64,000 nt of DNA from Mobula hypostoma. Lineage: Eukaryota. The stretch lies in contig NC_086108.1 in assembly GCF_963921235.1 (NCBI RefSeq), forward strand, positions 12,896,001 through 12,960,000, in the 5' to 3' direction. The first letter of the stretch is position 1, and every line of letters begins with the position of its first letter. The translations under genes and the position numbers were made by a program. Under the pieces are notes generated by a model. That model ran no database searches. It was not told the DNA's origin and saw only the letters and a program-made list of their open reading frames with translations. Positions 29,831 to 45,700 of this stretch are shown piece by piece.

Positions 29831-32800
29831 CTGTGACAATATTAATCCCCAACATTACACCTGGGTATGACAAAATTTATCTGCACTATAACCATTGTCT
29901 ATGACCACATTAATCCCCAATATCACCACTGATATGACATCATAAAAACCCACCATCACCCTTGCCTCTGACAATACTAATCTCCACCATCACCCCTGCT
30001 ATGACAACATTAATCCCCACTATCACCCCTGGCTATGACAACATTAATCCCCACTATCGCCCCTGCTATGACAATATTAATCCACACTATCACCAGTGGC
30101 TATGACAACAATAATCCCCATTTTCACCATTGGCTATGACAACAGTAATCCCCACTATCACCCTGGCTATGGCAACGTTAATCCCCACTATCACCTCTGA
30201 CTATGTCAACATTAATCCCCACTATCAAAATTGGCTGTGAGAGCATTAATCCCACGATCACCCCTGCTATGACAACATTAATCCCCACAATCACCCCTGG
30301 CTATGACAACATTTATCCTCACTATCACCATTGGCTATGACAACATTAATCCCCAATATTACCCCTGGCTAAAACAACATTAATCCCCAACATCACACCT
30401 GGCTATGACAACATTAATCCCCACTATCATCATTGGCTGTGACTACATTAGTCCCCACTATCACCCCAGGCTATGATAACATTAATCCCCACTATCTCCC
30501 CTGCTTTGACAACATTCATCCTCACGATCACCATTGGCTATGACATTATTAATCCCCACCATCACCCCTGGGTATGACAACATTATTCCCCACTATCAAT
30601 ATTGGCTATGACCACATTAATCCCCAATATCAACCCTGCTATGACAACATAAAACCCCACTCTCACACTTGTCTATAACAACATTAATCCCCACTATCAC
30701 ACCGGGCTATAACAATATTAATCCCCACTGTCACGACTGGCTATGACAACATCAATCCCCACTATCACCCCTGGCTGTGACAATATTAATCCCCACCATT
30801 ACCCGCTGCTATGAAAACATTAATCCCCACAGTCACCATTGGCTGTGAGCACATTAATCCCCACTATCACCCCGGGCAATGACAACATTAATCCTCAATA
30901 TCACCATTGGCTATGACAATATTAATCCCCACTATCACCCCTGAATATGACAACATTAATCCCCACTATCACCAGTGGCTAGGACAACAATAATCCCCAT
31001 TTTCACCATTGGTTATGACAACAATAATCCCACGATCACCCCTGCGATAACAACATTTCCCCGCACTATAACACCTGGCTATGACAATATTAATCCCCAC
31101 CATCACCGGTTACTATGACAACATTAATCCCCACCATCACACCTGGCTATGACAACATTAATTCGCACTATCACCCTTGGATATTTGAAAATTAATCCTC
31201 ATTATCACCACTAGCTACGACAACATTCATCCTCACTATCACCATTGGCTATGACAACATCAATCCCCACTATCACGCCTGGCTGTGACAATATTAATCC
31301 CCAACATTACACCTGGGTATGACAAAATTTATCTGCACTATAACCATTGTCTATGACCACATTAATCCCCAATATCACCACTGATATGACATCATAAAAA
31401 CCCACCATCACCCTTGCCTCTGACAATACTAATCTCCACCATCACCCCTGCTATGACAACATTAATCCCCACTATCACCCCTGGCTATGACAACATTAAT
31501 CCCCACTATCGCCCCTGCTATGACAATATTAATCCACACTATCACCAGTGGCTATGACAACAATAATCCCCATTTTCACCATTGGCTATGACAACAGTAA
31601 TCCCCACTATCACCCTGGCTATGGCAACGTTAATCCCCACTATCACCTCTATGTCAACATTAATCCCCACTATCAAAATTGGCTGTGAGAGCATTAATCC
31701 CACGATTACCCCTGCTATGACAGCATTAATCCGCACTATCACGCCTGGCTATGACAATATTAATCCCCACCATCACCCACTGCTATGACAACATTAATCC
31801 CTACTGTCACCATTGGCTGTGACCACATTAATCCCCAATACCACCCCTGCTATGACAGCATTAAACCCCACTATCACACTTGGCTATGACCACATTTATC
31901 CCCACTAATATCCTGGCTTTGACAACATTAATCCCCACTATCACCACTGGCTATGACAACATTAATCCGCAATATCACCCCTGCTATGACAATATTAATC
32001 CCCACAATCACCACTGCTATGACAACATTAATTCCCACAATCACCCCTGTATATGACAAAATTTATCCTCACTATCACCATTGGCTATGACAACATTAAT
32101 CCCCACTATTACCCCTGGCTAAAACAACATTAATCCCCAATATCACCACTGCTATGACAACATTAATCCGCACTATCACCCCTGCTATGACAATATTAAT
32201 CCCCAGTATCACCATTGACTATGACAACATTAATCCCCGCTATCACCATTGGCTATGACAACATTAATCCTCACTATCACCAGTGGCTATGACAACAATA
32301 ATCCCACGATCACCCCTGCGATGACAACATTTCCCCGCACTATAACGCCTTTCTATGACAATATTAATCCCCACCATCACCGGTTGCTATGACAACATGA
32401 ATACCCATTGTCACCATTGGCTGTGACCACATTAATCCCCAATATCACCCCGCGTATGACATAAACCCCACTATCACCCTTGGTTATGACAACATTGATC
32501 CCCACTATCACCCTGGCTATACAACATTAATCCCCACGATCACCAATGTCTATGCCAACATTAATGATCACTATCACCCCTGCTATGAAAACATTAATCC
32601 GCACTATAACCCCTGGCAATGACAACATTAATCCCCGCTATCAACATTGGCTATGACAACATTAATCTTCACTATCACTCCTGGCTAGGACAACATTAAT
32701 CCCTACCATCACCCCTGACAATGACAACATTAATCCCCGCTAACACCATTGGCTATAACAACAATAATCACCCCTATCACCCCTGCTATGACAATATTAA

Positions 32801-33170
32801 TCCCCACTATCACCCCTGCTAAAACAACATTATTCCCCACTATCACCAGTGGCTATGACAACAATAATCTACATTTTCACCATTGGCTATAACAACAATC
32901 ATCCCACGATCACCCCTGCGATGAGAACATTAATCCGCACTACCACGCCTGGCTATGACAATATTACTCCCCATCATCACCTGTTGCTATGACAACATTA
33001 ATCCCCACTCTCATCATTGCTGTGACCACATTAATCTCCAATATCACCCGTGCGATGACAACATTAAACCCCACTATCACACTTCGCTTTGACAACATTA
33101 ATCCCCACTATCACCCTGACTTTGACAAAATTAATTCCCATTATCACCACTGGCTATGACAACATTAATC
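29820..33170. repeat. Second copy of the block at about 23300-26930 (offset about 6.2-6.5 kb)
   Basis: ACATCATAAA 23421/29937 and 24907/31389; GCGTATGACA 26211/32452; CCGT-GCGATGAC 26811/33052. Confidence 0.85.
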
Positions 33171-36004
33171 CGCAATATCACCCCTGCTATGACAACGTTA
33201 ATCCCCACAATCACCACTGCTATGACAACATTAATCCCCCACAATCACCCCTGGATATGACAAAATTTATCCTCACTATCACCATTGGCTATGACAACAT
33301 TAATCCCCACTATTACCCCTGGCTAAGACAACATCAATCCCCAACATCACACCTGGCTATGACAACATTCATCCCCACTATCACCCTTGGCTATTTGAAA
33401 ATTAATCCCCAATATCACCACTGGCTATGACAACATTAATCCTCACTATCACCCCTGGCTATGACAACATTAATCCCCACTATCACCCCTGGGAATGACA
33501 ACTTTAATCCCCACTATCACCCCTGGCTATGACAATATTAATCCCCAGTATCACCCCTGCTATGACAATATTCATCCCCAGTATCACCCCTGCTATGACA
33601 ATATTCATCCCCACTATCACCCCTGGCTATGACACCGTTAATCCCCACTACCATCCCTGGCTATGGCATTAATCCTGACTATCACGATTGGCTATGACAA
33701 CATTAATCACCACTATCACTCCTGTTATGACAACTTTAATCCCCACTATCACCCCTGGCTATGACTACATTAATCCCCACTATCAACCCTGCTATGACAA
33801 TATTAATCCCCAGTATCACCCCTGCTATGACAATATTCATCCCCACTATCACCCCTGGCTATGACACCGTTAATCCCCACTACCATCCCTGGCTATGGCA
33901 TTAATCCTGACTATCACGATTGGCTATGACAACATTAATCACCACTATCACTCCTGTTATGACAACATTAATCCCCACTATCACCCTTGGCTATGACAAC
34001 AATAATCCCCACTTTCACCATTGGCTATAACAACAGTAATCCCCACTATCACCCCGGCTATGGCAACATTAATCCCCAGTATCACCCCTGTCTATGACAA
34101 CATTATTCCCCACTATCACCCCTGCTGTGACAACATTAATCTCCACTATCACCCCTGGCTATGACAACATTAATCCCCACTATCACCATCGGTTATCACA
34201 TTAATCCCCACCATCACCCCAGCTATGACAACATTAAACACCACTATCAATCCCGCTATGACAACATTAATCCCCACTGTCACCATTGGCTGTGACCACA
34301 TTAATCCACTATATCATCTCGGCTTTGACAACATTAAACCCCACTAACACCTTTGGCTATGACAAGGTTAATCCCCACTGTCACATCTGCTATTACAACA
34401 TTCATTCCCACTTTCACCATTGGCTATGGCAACATTAATCCCCACTATCAGCCCTGGGTACGACAACATTAATCCCTACAATCACCATTGGCTACGACAA
34501 CGTTAATCCCCACTATCACTACTGGCTATGACAACATTAATCCCTACTATCACCATTCGCGATGACTACATTAATCCTCACTATCACCCCTGTATGACAA
34601 CATTAATCCCCACCATCACCCCTGGCTATGACAACATTAACCCCCAATATCACCCCTGCTATAACAACATTAATCTCCACTCTCACCACACCTTTGACAA
34701 CATTAATCCCCACAATCACCCCTGGCTATGACAACATTAATCCTCACTATCAGCTTTGGCTATGACAACATTAATCCCCACCATCACCCCCGCTATCACA
34801 ACTAAAATCCCCACTATCACCTCTGCAATGACAACATTAATCCCCACTATCACCCCTGTCTATGACAACATTAATCCCCACTATCACCATTGGCTATCAC
34901 AACATTAATCCCCACTATCACCCATATCTATGACAACATTAATCCCCATTATCACCCCTGGCTATGACAACATTAATCTCCACTATCACCATTTGCTATG
35001 ACAACATTAATCCCCACTAACACCCCTGGCTATGACAACATTAATCTCCACTATCACCATTTGCTATGACAACATTAATCCCCACCATCACCCCCGCTAT
35101 GACAACTATAATCCCCACTATCACCCCTGCAATGACAACATTAATCCCCACCATCACCCCCGCTATGACAACTATAATCCCCACTATCACCCCTGCAATG
35201 ACAACATTAATCCCCACTATCACCCTTGGCAATGACAACATTAATCCCCATTATCACGCCTGCTATGACAACATTAATCCCCACTATCACGCCTGCTATT
35301 ACAACATTAATCCCCACCATCACCCCTGGCTATGACAACATTAATCCCTACTATCACCATTGGCTGTGACAACATTAATCCTCACTACCACCCCTGGCTA
35401 AGAGAACTTCAATCCTCGCCGTCACCCCTGGCTATGATAACATTAATCCCCACTCTCACCATGGGCTATGACAACATTAATCCCTACCGTCACCCATGGC
35501 TATGACAACTTTAATCCCCACTATCTCCCTTTGCTATTACAACAATAATTCTCACTATCACACCTGGCTATGACAACATTAATTCCCACTTTCACCCCTG
35601 CTATGATAACATTAATCCCCACTATTAACCCTGGCTATGACAACATTAATTCCCACTATCACCATCGGCTATGACAACATTAATCCCCACCATCACCCCA
35701 GCTATGACAACATTAAACACCACTATCAATCCCGCTATGACAACATTAATCCCCACTGTCACCATTGGCTGTGACCACATTAATCCACTATATCATCTCG
35801 GCTTTGACAACATTAAACCCCACTATCACCTTTGGCTATGACAAGGTTAATCCCCACTGTCACCCATGCTATTACAACATTCATTCCCACTTTCACCATT
35901 GGCTATGGCAACATTAATCCCCACTATCAGCCCTGGCTACGACAACATTAATCCCTACAATCACCGTTAGCTACGACAACGTTAATCCCCACTGTCACTA
36001 CTGG

Positions 36005-39000
36005 CTATGACAACATTAATCCCTACTATCACCATTCGCGATGACTACATTAATCCTCACTATCACCCCTGTATGACAACATTAATCCCCACCATCACCC
36101 CTGGCTATGACAACATTAATCCCCACTATCACCCTTGCCTATGACTTTAATCCTCACTATCACCAATAGCTATGACAACATTACTCCCCATTATCACGCC
36201 TGCTATGACAACGTTAATCCCCACTATCACGCCTGGCTGTGACAACATTACTCCCCACCATCACCCCTGGCTGTGACAACATTAATCCCCACCATCACCC
36301 CCGGCTATGACAATATTAATCCCCACTATCACCTTTGGCGATGACAACATTAATCCCCACTATCACCCGTAGCTCTGACAACATTAACCGCACTATCACG
36401 CCTGGTTATGACAACATTAATTCCCACTATCACCATTGGCTATGACAACATTAATCACCATTATCACCCCTGCTATGACAACATTAATCCTCACTATCCC
36501 CCCTGCTATGACAACATTAATCCCCACCATCACCCCGGTATATGACAACGTTATTCCCCACAATCACCCCTGTCTATGACAACATTAATCCCCACTATCA
36601 CCATTGGCAATGACAACATTAATCCCCACTATCACTGCTAGCTATGACAACATTAATCCCCAATATCACCCCTGGCTATGACAACATTAATCCCCACTAT
36701 CACCATCGGCTATCACAACATTAATCCCCACCATCACCCCAGCTATGACAACATTAAACACCACTATCAATCCCGCTATGACAACATTAATCCCCACTGT
36801 CACCATTGGCTGTGACCACATTAATCCACTATATCATCTCGGCTTTGACAACATTAAACCCCACTAACACCTTTGGCTATGACAAGGTTAATCCCCACTG
36901 TCACCCCTGCTATTACAACATTCATTCCCACTTTCACCATTGGCTATGGCAACATTAATTCCCACTATCAGCCCTGGGTACGACAACATTAATCCCTACA
37001 ATCACCATTGGCTACGACAACATTAATCCCCACTATCACTACTGGCTATGACAACATTAATCCCTACTATCACCATTCGCGATGACTACATTAATCCTCA
37101 CTATCACCCCTGTATGACAACATTAATCCCCACCATCACCCCTGGCTATGACAACATTAATCCCCACTATCACCCTTGCCTATGACTTTAATCCTCACTA
37201 TCACCAATAGCTATGACAACATTAATCCCCATTATCACGCCTGCTATGACAACGTTAATCCCCACTATCACGCCTGGCTGTGACAACATTAATCCCCACC
37301 ATCACCACTGGCTATGACAACATTAATACCTAGTATCACCTTTGGCGATGACAACATTAATCCCCACTATCGCCTTTGGCGATGACAACATTAATCCCAA
37401 CTATCACCCGTAGCTATGACAACATTAACCGCACTATCACGCCTGGTTATGACAACATTATTTCCCACTATCACCATTGGCTATGACAACATTAATCACC
37501 ATTATCACACCTGCTATGACAACATTAATCCTCACTATCCCCCCTGCTATGACAACATTAATCCCCACCATCACCCCTGGCTATGACAACATTAATCCCT
37601 ACTATCACCATTCGCGATGACTACATTAATCCTCACTATCACCCCTGTATGACAACATTAATCCCCACCATCACCCCTGGCTATGACAACATTAATCCCC
37701 ACTATCACCCTTGCCTATGACTTTAATCCTCACTATCACCAATAGCTATGACAACATTACTCCCCATTATCACGCCTGCTATGACAACGTTAATCCCCAC
37801 TATCACGCCTGGCTGTGACAACATTACTCCCCACCATCACCCCTGGCTGTGACAACATTAATCCCCACCATCACCCCCGGCTATGACAATATTAATCCCC
37901 ACTATCACCTTTGGCGATGACAACATTAATCCCCACTATCACCCGTAGCTCTGACAACATTAACCGCACTATCACGCCTGGTTATGACAACATTAATTCC
38001 CACTATCACCATTGGCTATGACAACATTAATCACCATTATCACCCCTGCTATGACAACATTAATCCTCACTATCCCCCCTGCTATGACAACATTAATCCC
38101 CACCATCACCCCGGTATATGACAACGTTATTCCCCACAATCACCCCTGTCTATGACAACATTAATCCCCACTATCACCATTGGCAATGACAACATTAATC
38201 CCCACTATCACTGCTAGCTATGACAACATTAATCCCCAATATCACCCCTGGCTATGACAACATTAATCCCCACTATCACCATCGGCTATCACAACATTAA
38301 TCCCCACCATCACCCCAGCTATGACAACATTAAACACCACTATCAATCCCGCTATGACAACATTAATCCCCACTGTCACCATTGGCTGTGACCACATTAA
38401 TCCACTATATCATCTCGGCTTTGACAACATTAAACCCCACTAACACCTTTGGCTATGACAAGGTTACTCCCCACTGTCACCCCTGCTATTACAACATTCA
38501 TTCCCACTTTCACCATTGGCTATGGCAACATTAATTCCCACTATCAGCCCTGGGTACGACAACATTAATCCCTACAATCACCATTGGCTACGACAACATT
38601 AATCCCCACTATCACTACTGGCTATGACAACATTAATCCCTACTATCACCATTCGCGATGACTACATTAATCCTCACTATCACCCCTGTATGACAACATT
38701 AATCCCCACCATCACCCCTGGCTATGACAACATTAATCCCCACTATCACCCTTGCCTATGACTTTAATCCTCACTATCACCAATAGCTATGACAACATTA
38801 ATCCCCATTATCACGCCTGCTATGACAACGTTAATCCCCACTATCACGCCTGGCTGTGACAACATTAATCCCCACCATCACCACTGGCTATGACAACATT
38901 AATACCTAGTATCACCTTTGGCGATGACAACATTAATCCCCACTATCGCCTTTGGCGATGACAACATTAATCCCAACTATCACCCGTAGCTATGACAACA

Positions 39001-39140
39001 TTAACCGCACTATCACGCCTGGTTATGACAACATTATTTCCCACTATCACCATTGGCTATGACAACATTAATCACCATTATCACCCCTGCTATGACAACA
39101 TTAATCCTCACTATCCCCCCTGCTATGACAACATTAATCC
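36005..39140. repeat. Two near-identical tandem copies of a 1576-bp higher-order repeat (about 47 monomers)
   Basis: TTCGCG 36035/37611; AGCTCTG 36371/37947; CACCCCGGTA 36531/38107; ATATCATCTC 36831/38407. All offsets are 1576. Confidence 0.9.
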
Positions 39141-42039
39141 CCACCATCACCCCGGGATATGACAACATTATTCCCCACAATCACCCCTGTCTGTGACAAC
39201 ATTAATCCCCACTATCACCATTGGCAATGACAACATTAATCCCCACTATCACTGCTAGCTATGACAACATTAATCCCCAATATCACCCCTGCTATGATAA
39301 CATTAATCCCCACTATTAACCCTGGCTATGACAATATTAATCCCCACTATCACCATCGGCTATCACAACATTAATCCCCACCATCACCCCAGCTATGACA
39401 ACATTAAACACCACTATCAATCCCGCTATGACAACATTAATCCCCACTGTCACCATTGGCTGTGACCACATTAATCCACTATATCATCTCGGCTTTGACA
39501 ACATTAAACCCCACTAACACCTTTGGCTATGACAAGGTTAATCCCCACTGTCACATCTGCTATTACAACATTCATTCCCACTTTCACCATTGGCTATGGC
39601 AACATTAATCCCCACTATCAGCCCTGGGTACGACAACATTAATCCCTACAATCACCATTGGCTACGACAACGTTAATCCCCACTATCACTACTGGCTATG
39701 ACAACATTAATCCCTACTATCACCATTCGCGATGACTACATTAATCCTCACTATCACCCCTGTATGACAACATTAATCCCCACTATCACCCTTGCCTATG
39801 ACTTTAATCCTCACTATCACCAATAGCTATGACAACATTAATCCCCATTATCACGCCTGCTATGACAACGTTAATCCCCACTATCACGCCTGGCTGTGAC
39901 AACATTAATCCCCACCATCACCACTGGCTATGACAACATTAATACCTAGTATCACCTTTGGCGATGACAACATTAATCCCCACTATCACCCCTGTCTATG
40001 ACAAAATTAATCCACAATATCACCCCTGCTATGATAACATTAGTCACCACTATCACCCCTGGCTATGACAACATTAATCCACAATATCACCCCTGCTATG
40101 ATAACATTAATCCCCACTATCACCCTGGCTATGACATTATTAATCCCCACTATCACCCCTGGGTTTGACAACACTAATCCCCATTATGCCCGCTGACTAT
40201 GACAACAATAATCCCCACCATCACCATTAGCTATGGCAACGTTATTCCCCACCATCACCACTGCTATGACAAAGTTAATACCCAACATAACTCCTGTTAT
40301 AAGAACATTGCTCTCCACCATCACCACTGGCTATGACATCATTAATACCCACTACCACCATTGGCTATAACAACATTAATCCCCACTCTCACCCCTGGCA
40401 ATGAGAACATTAATCCCCACCATCACCCCTGGCTATGACAACATTAATTCCCACTATCACCATTGGCTATGACAAAATTAATCATCACTATCACCCCTGC
40501 TATGACAATATTAATCCCCACTATCAACCCTGGCTATGACAACATTAATCCCCACTATCACCCCTGGCAATGAGAACATTAATCCCCACCATCACCCCTG
40601 GCTATGACAACATTGAACCCCACTATCACTGCTAGCTATGACAACATTAATTCCCAATATCACCCCTGCTATGATAACATTAATCCCCACTATTAACCCT
40701 GGCTATGACAACATTAATACCTATTATCACCTTTGGCGATGACAACATTAATCCCCACTATCACCCGTAGCTATGACAACATTAACCGCACTATCACGCC
40801 TGGTTATGACAACATTAATTCCCACTATCACCATTGGCTATGACAACATTAATCACCATTATCACCCCTGCTATGACAACATTAATCCCCACCATCACCC
40901 CGGGATATGACAACATTATTCCCCACAATCACCCCTGTCTATGACAACATTAATCCCCACTATCACCTTTGGCTATGACAACAGTAATACCCACAATCAC
41001 CCCTGTCTATGACAACATTAATCCCCACTATCACCATTGGCTATGACAACATTAATCCCCACTTTCACCATCGGCTATGACAACATTAATCCCCACGATC
41101 ACCCCAGCTATGACAACATTAAACACCACTATCAATCCCGCTATGACAACATTAATCCCCACTGTCACCATTGGCTGTGACCACATTAATCCACTATATC
41201 ATCTCGGCTTTGACAACATTAAACCCCACTAACACCTTTGGCTATGACAAGGTTAATCCCCACTGTCACCCCTGCTATTACAACATTCATTCCCACTTTC
41301 ACCATTGGCTATGGCAACATTAATCCCCACTATCAGCCCTGGGTACGACAACATTAATCCCTACAATCAGCATTGGCTACGACAACGTTAATCCCCACTA
41401 TCACTACTGGCTATGACAACATTAATCCCTACTATCACCATTCGCGATGACTACATTAATCCTCACTATCACCCCTGCTATGACAGCATTAATCCCCAAT
41501 ATCAACCCTGGGTTTGACAACACTAATCCCCATTATGCCCGCTGACTATGACAACAATAATCCCCACCATCACCATTAGCTATGGCAACGTTATTCCCCA
41601 CCATCACCCCTGCTATGACAACGTTAATACCCACTATAACTCCTGTTATAAGAACATTGCTCTCCACCATCACCACTGGCTATGACATCATTAATACCCA
41701 CTATCACCATTGGCTATAACAAAATTAATCATCACTATCACCCCTGCTATGACAATATTAATCCCCACTATCAACCCTGGCTATGACAACATTAATCCCC
41801 ACTCTCACCCCTGGCAATGAGAACATTAATCCCCACCATCACCCCTGGCTATGACAACATTAATTCCCACTATCACCATTGGCTATGACAAAATTAATCA
41901 TCACTATCACCCCTGCTATGACAATATTAATCCCCACTATCAACCCTGGCTATGACAACATTAATCCCCACTATCACCCCTGGCAATGAGAACATTAATC
42001 CCCACCATCACCCCTGGCTATGACAACATTGAACCCCAC

Positions 42040-42740
42040 TATCACTGCTAGCTATGACAACATTAATTCCCAATATCACCCCTGCTATGATAACATTAAT
42101 CCCCACTATTAACCCTGGCTATGACAACATTAATACCTATTATCACCTTTGGCGATGACAACATTAATCCCCACTATCACCCCTAGCTATGACAACATTA
42201 ACCGCACTATCACGCCTGGTTATGACAACATTAATCCCCACCATCACCCTGGGATATGACAACATTATTCCCCACTATCACCCCTGTCTATGACAACATT
42301 AATCCCCACTATCACCATTGGCAATGACAACATTAATCCCCACTATCACTGCTAGCTATGACAACATTAATTCCCAATATCACCCCTGCTATGATAACAT
42401 TAATCCCCACTATTAACCCTGGCTATGACAACATTAATACCTATTATCACCTTTGGCGATGACAACATTAATCCCCACTATCACCCCTAGCTATGACAAC
42501 ATTAACCGCACTATCACGCCTGGTTATGACAACATTAATCCCCACCATCACCCTGGGATATGACAACATTATTCCCCACTATCACCCCTGTCTATGACAA
42601 CATTAATCCCCACTATCACCATTGGCAATGACAACATTAATCCCCACTATCACCCCTAGCTATGACAACATTAACCGCACTATCACGCCTGGTTATGACA
42701 ACATTAATCCCCACCATCACCCTGGGATATGACAACATTA
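42040..42740. repeat. 304-bp (9-monomer) tandem duplication plus a 169-bp (5-monomer) partial copy
   Basis: GCTAGC at 42047 and 42351; GGGATATG at 42251, 42555 and 42724. Confidence 0.8.
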
Positions 42741-45700
42741 ATCCCCAATATCACCCCTGCTATGATAACATTAATCCCCACTATCACCCCTGCATTGTCA
42801 ACATTAATCCCCACTATCACCACTGTCTATGACAAAATTAATCCCCACTATCACTGCTAGCTATGACAACATTAATCCCCAATATCTCCCCTGCTATGAT
42901 AACATTAATCCCCACTATCACCCCTGCATTGACAACATTAATCCCCACTATCACCACTGGCTATGACAACATTAACCCCCAATATCACCCCTGCTATAAC
43001 AACATTAATCTCCACTCTCACAACAGCTATGACAACATTAATCCACACAATCACCCCTGGCTATGACAACATTAATCCCCAATATCACCCCTGCATTGAC
43101 AACATTAATCCCAACTATCACTATTGGCTATCACAACAGTAATCCCCACCATCACCCCTTGGGATGACAACATTAATCCACACTATCACCCCTGTCTATG
43201 ACAACATTAATCCCCAATATCACCATTGGCTATCACAACATTAATCCCCACTTTCACCATTGGTTATCACAACAGTAAACCCCACTATCACCCTGGCTAT
43301 GGCAACATTAATGCCCACTATCACTCCTGGCTATGACAACATTAATCCCCACTATCATCCCTAGCTATGACAACATTAAACCGCACTATCACCACTGGTT
43401 ATGACATTAATCCCCACTATCACCATTGGCTATGACAGCATTAATCCCCAATATCACCACTGCTAGGACAACATTAATCCCAACTATCACCCCTGGGTTT
43501 GACAACACTAATCTCCATTATGCCCGCTGGCTATGACAACAATAATCCCCACTATCACCATTAGCTATGGCAACGTTATTCCCCACCATCACCCCTGCTA
43601 TGACAAAGTTAATACCCACCATAACTCCTGTTATAAGAACATTGCTCTCCACCATCACCACTGGCTATGACATCATTAATACCCACTATCACCATTGGCT
43701 ATAACAACATTAATCCCCACTCTCACCCCTGGCAATGAGAACATTAATCCCCACCATCACCCCTGGCTATGACAACATTAATTCCCACTATCACCATTGG
43801 CTATGACAAAATTAATCATCACTATCACCCCTGCTATGACAATATTAATCCCCACTATCAACCCTGGCTATGACAACATTAATCCCCACTATCACCCCTG
43901 GCAATGAGAACATTAATCCCCACCATCACCCCTGGCTATGACAACATTGAACCCCACTATCACTGCTAGCTATGACAACATTAATTCCCAATATCACCCC
44001 TGCTATGATAACATTAATCCCCACTATTAACCCTGGCTATGACAACATTAATATCTATTATCACCTTTGGCGATGACAACATTAATCCCCACTATCACCC
44101 CTAGCTATGACAACATTAACCGCACTATCACGCCTGGTTATGACAACATTAATTCCCACTATCACCATTGGCTATGACAACATTAATCACCATTATCACC
44201 CCTGCTATGACAACTTAATCCCCACCATCACCCCGGGATATGACAACATTATTCCCCACAATCACCCCTGTCTATGACAACATTAATCCCCACTATCACC
44301 TTTGGCTATGACAACAGTAATACCCACAATCACCCCTGTCTATGACAACGTTAATCCCCACTATCACTCCTGTTATTACAACATTACTCTCCACCATCAC
44401 CACTGGCTATGACATCATTAATACCCACTATCACCATTGGCTATGACAATATTAATCATCACTATCACCCCTGCTATGACAACATTAATCCCTACTATCA
44501 CCCCTGGCAATGGGAACATTAATCCCCACCATCACCCCTGGCTATGACAACATAAATTCCCACTATCACCATTGGCTATGACAACATTAATAACCATTAT
44601 CACCCCTGGCTATGACAACATTAATCCCCACTATCACCCCTGGCTATGACAACATTAATCCCCAATATCACCCCTGCTATGACAACATTAATTCCCACTG
44701 TCACCATTGGCTGTGACCACATTAATCCCCTATATCATCTCTGCTTTGACAACATTAAACCCCACTATCACCTTTGGCTACGACAAGGTTAATCCCCACT
44801 GTCACCCCTCCTATTACAACATTCATTCCCACTTTCACCATTAGCTATGGCAACATTAATCCCCACTATCACCGCTGGCAACAACAACAACATTAATCCC
44901 TACTATCACTATTGGCGATGACTACATTAATCCTCACTATCCCCTATGCTATGACAACATTAATCCCCACCATCACCCCGGGATATGACAACATTATTCC
45001 CCACTATCACCCCTGTCTATGACAACATTAATTTCCACTATCACTGCTAGCTATGACAACATTAATCTCCAATATCACCCCTGCTATGATAACATTAATC
45101 CCCACTATTAACCCTGGCTATGACAACATTAATCCCCACCATCACCCCAGCTATGACAACATTAAACACCACTATCAATCCTGCTATTACAACATTAATC
45201 CCCACTGTCACCATTGGGTGTGACCACATTAATCCACTATATCATCTCGGCTTTGACAACATTAAACCCCACTATCACCTTTGGCTATGACAAGTTTAAT
45301 CCCCACTGTCACCCCTGCTATTACAACATTCATTCCCACTTTCACCATTGGCTATGGCAACATTAATACCCACCATCACCCCTGGCGACGACAACATTAA
45401 TCCCTAAAATCACCATTGGCTACGACAACGTTAATGCCCACTATCACTACTGGCTCTGACAACAGTAATCCCTACTATCACCATTCGCGATGACTACATT
45501 ACTCCTCACTATCACCCCTGCTATGACAACATTAATCCCCACCATCACCCCTGGCTATGACAACATTAATTACCACTATCACCATTGGCTATGACAAAAT
45601 TAATCATCACTATCACTCCTGCTATGACAATATTAATCCCCACTATCAACCCTGGCTATGACAACATTAATCCCCACTATCACCCCTGGCAATGAGAACA

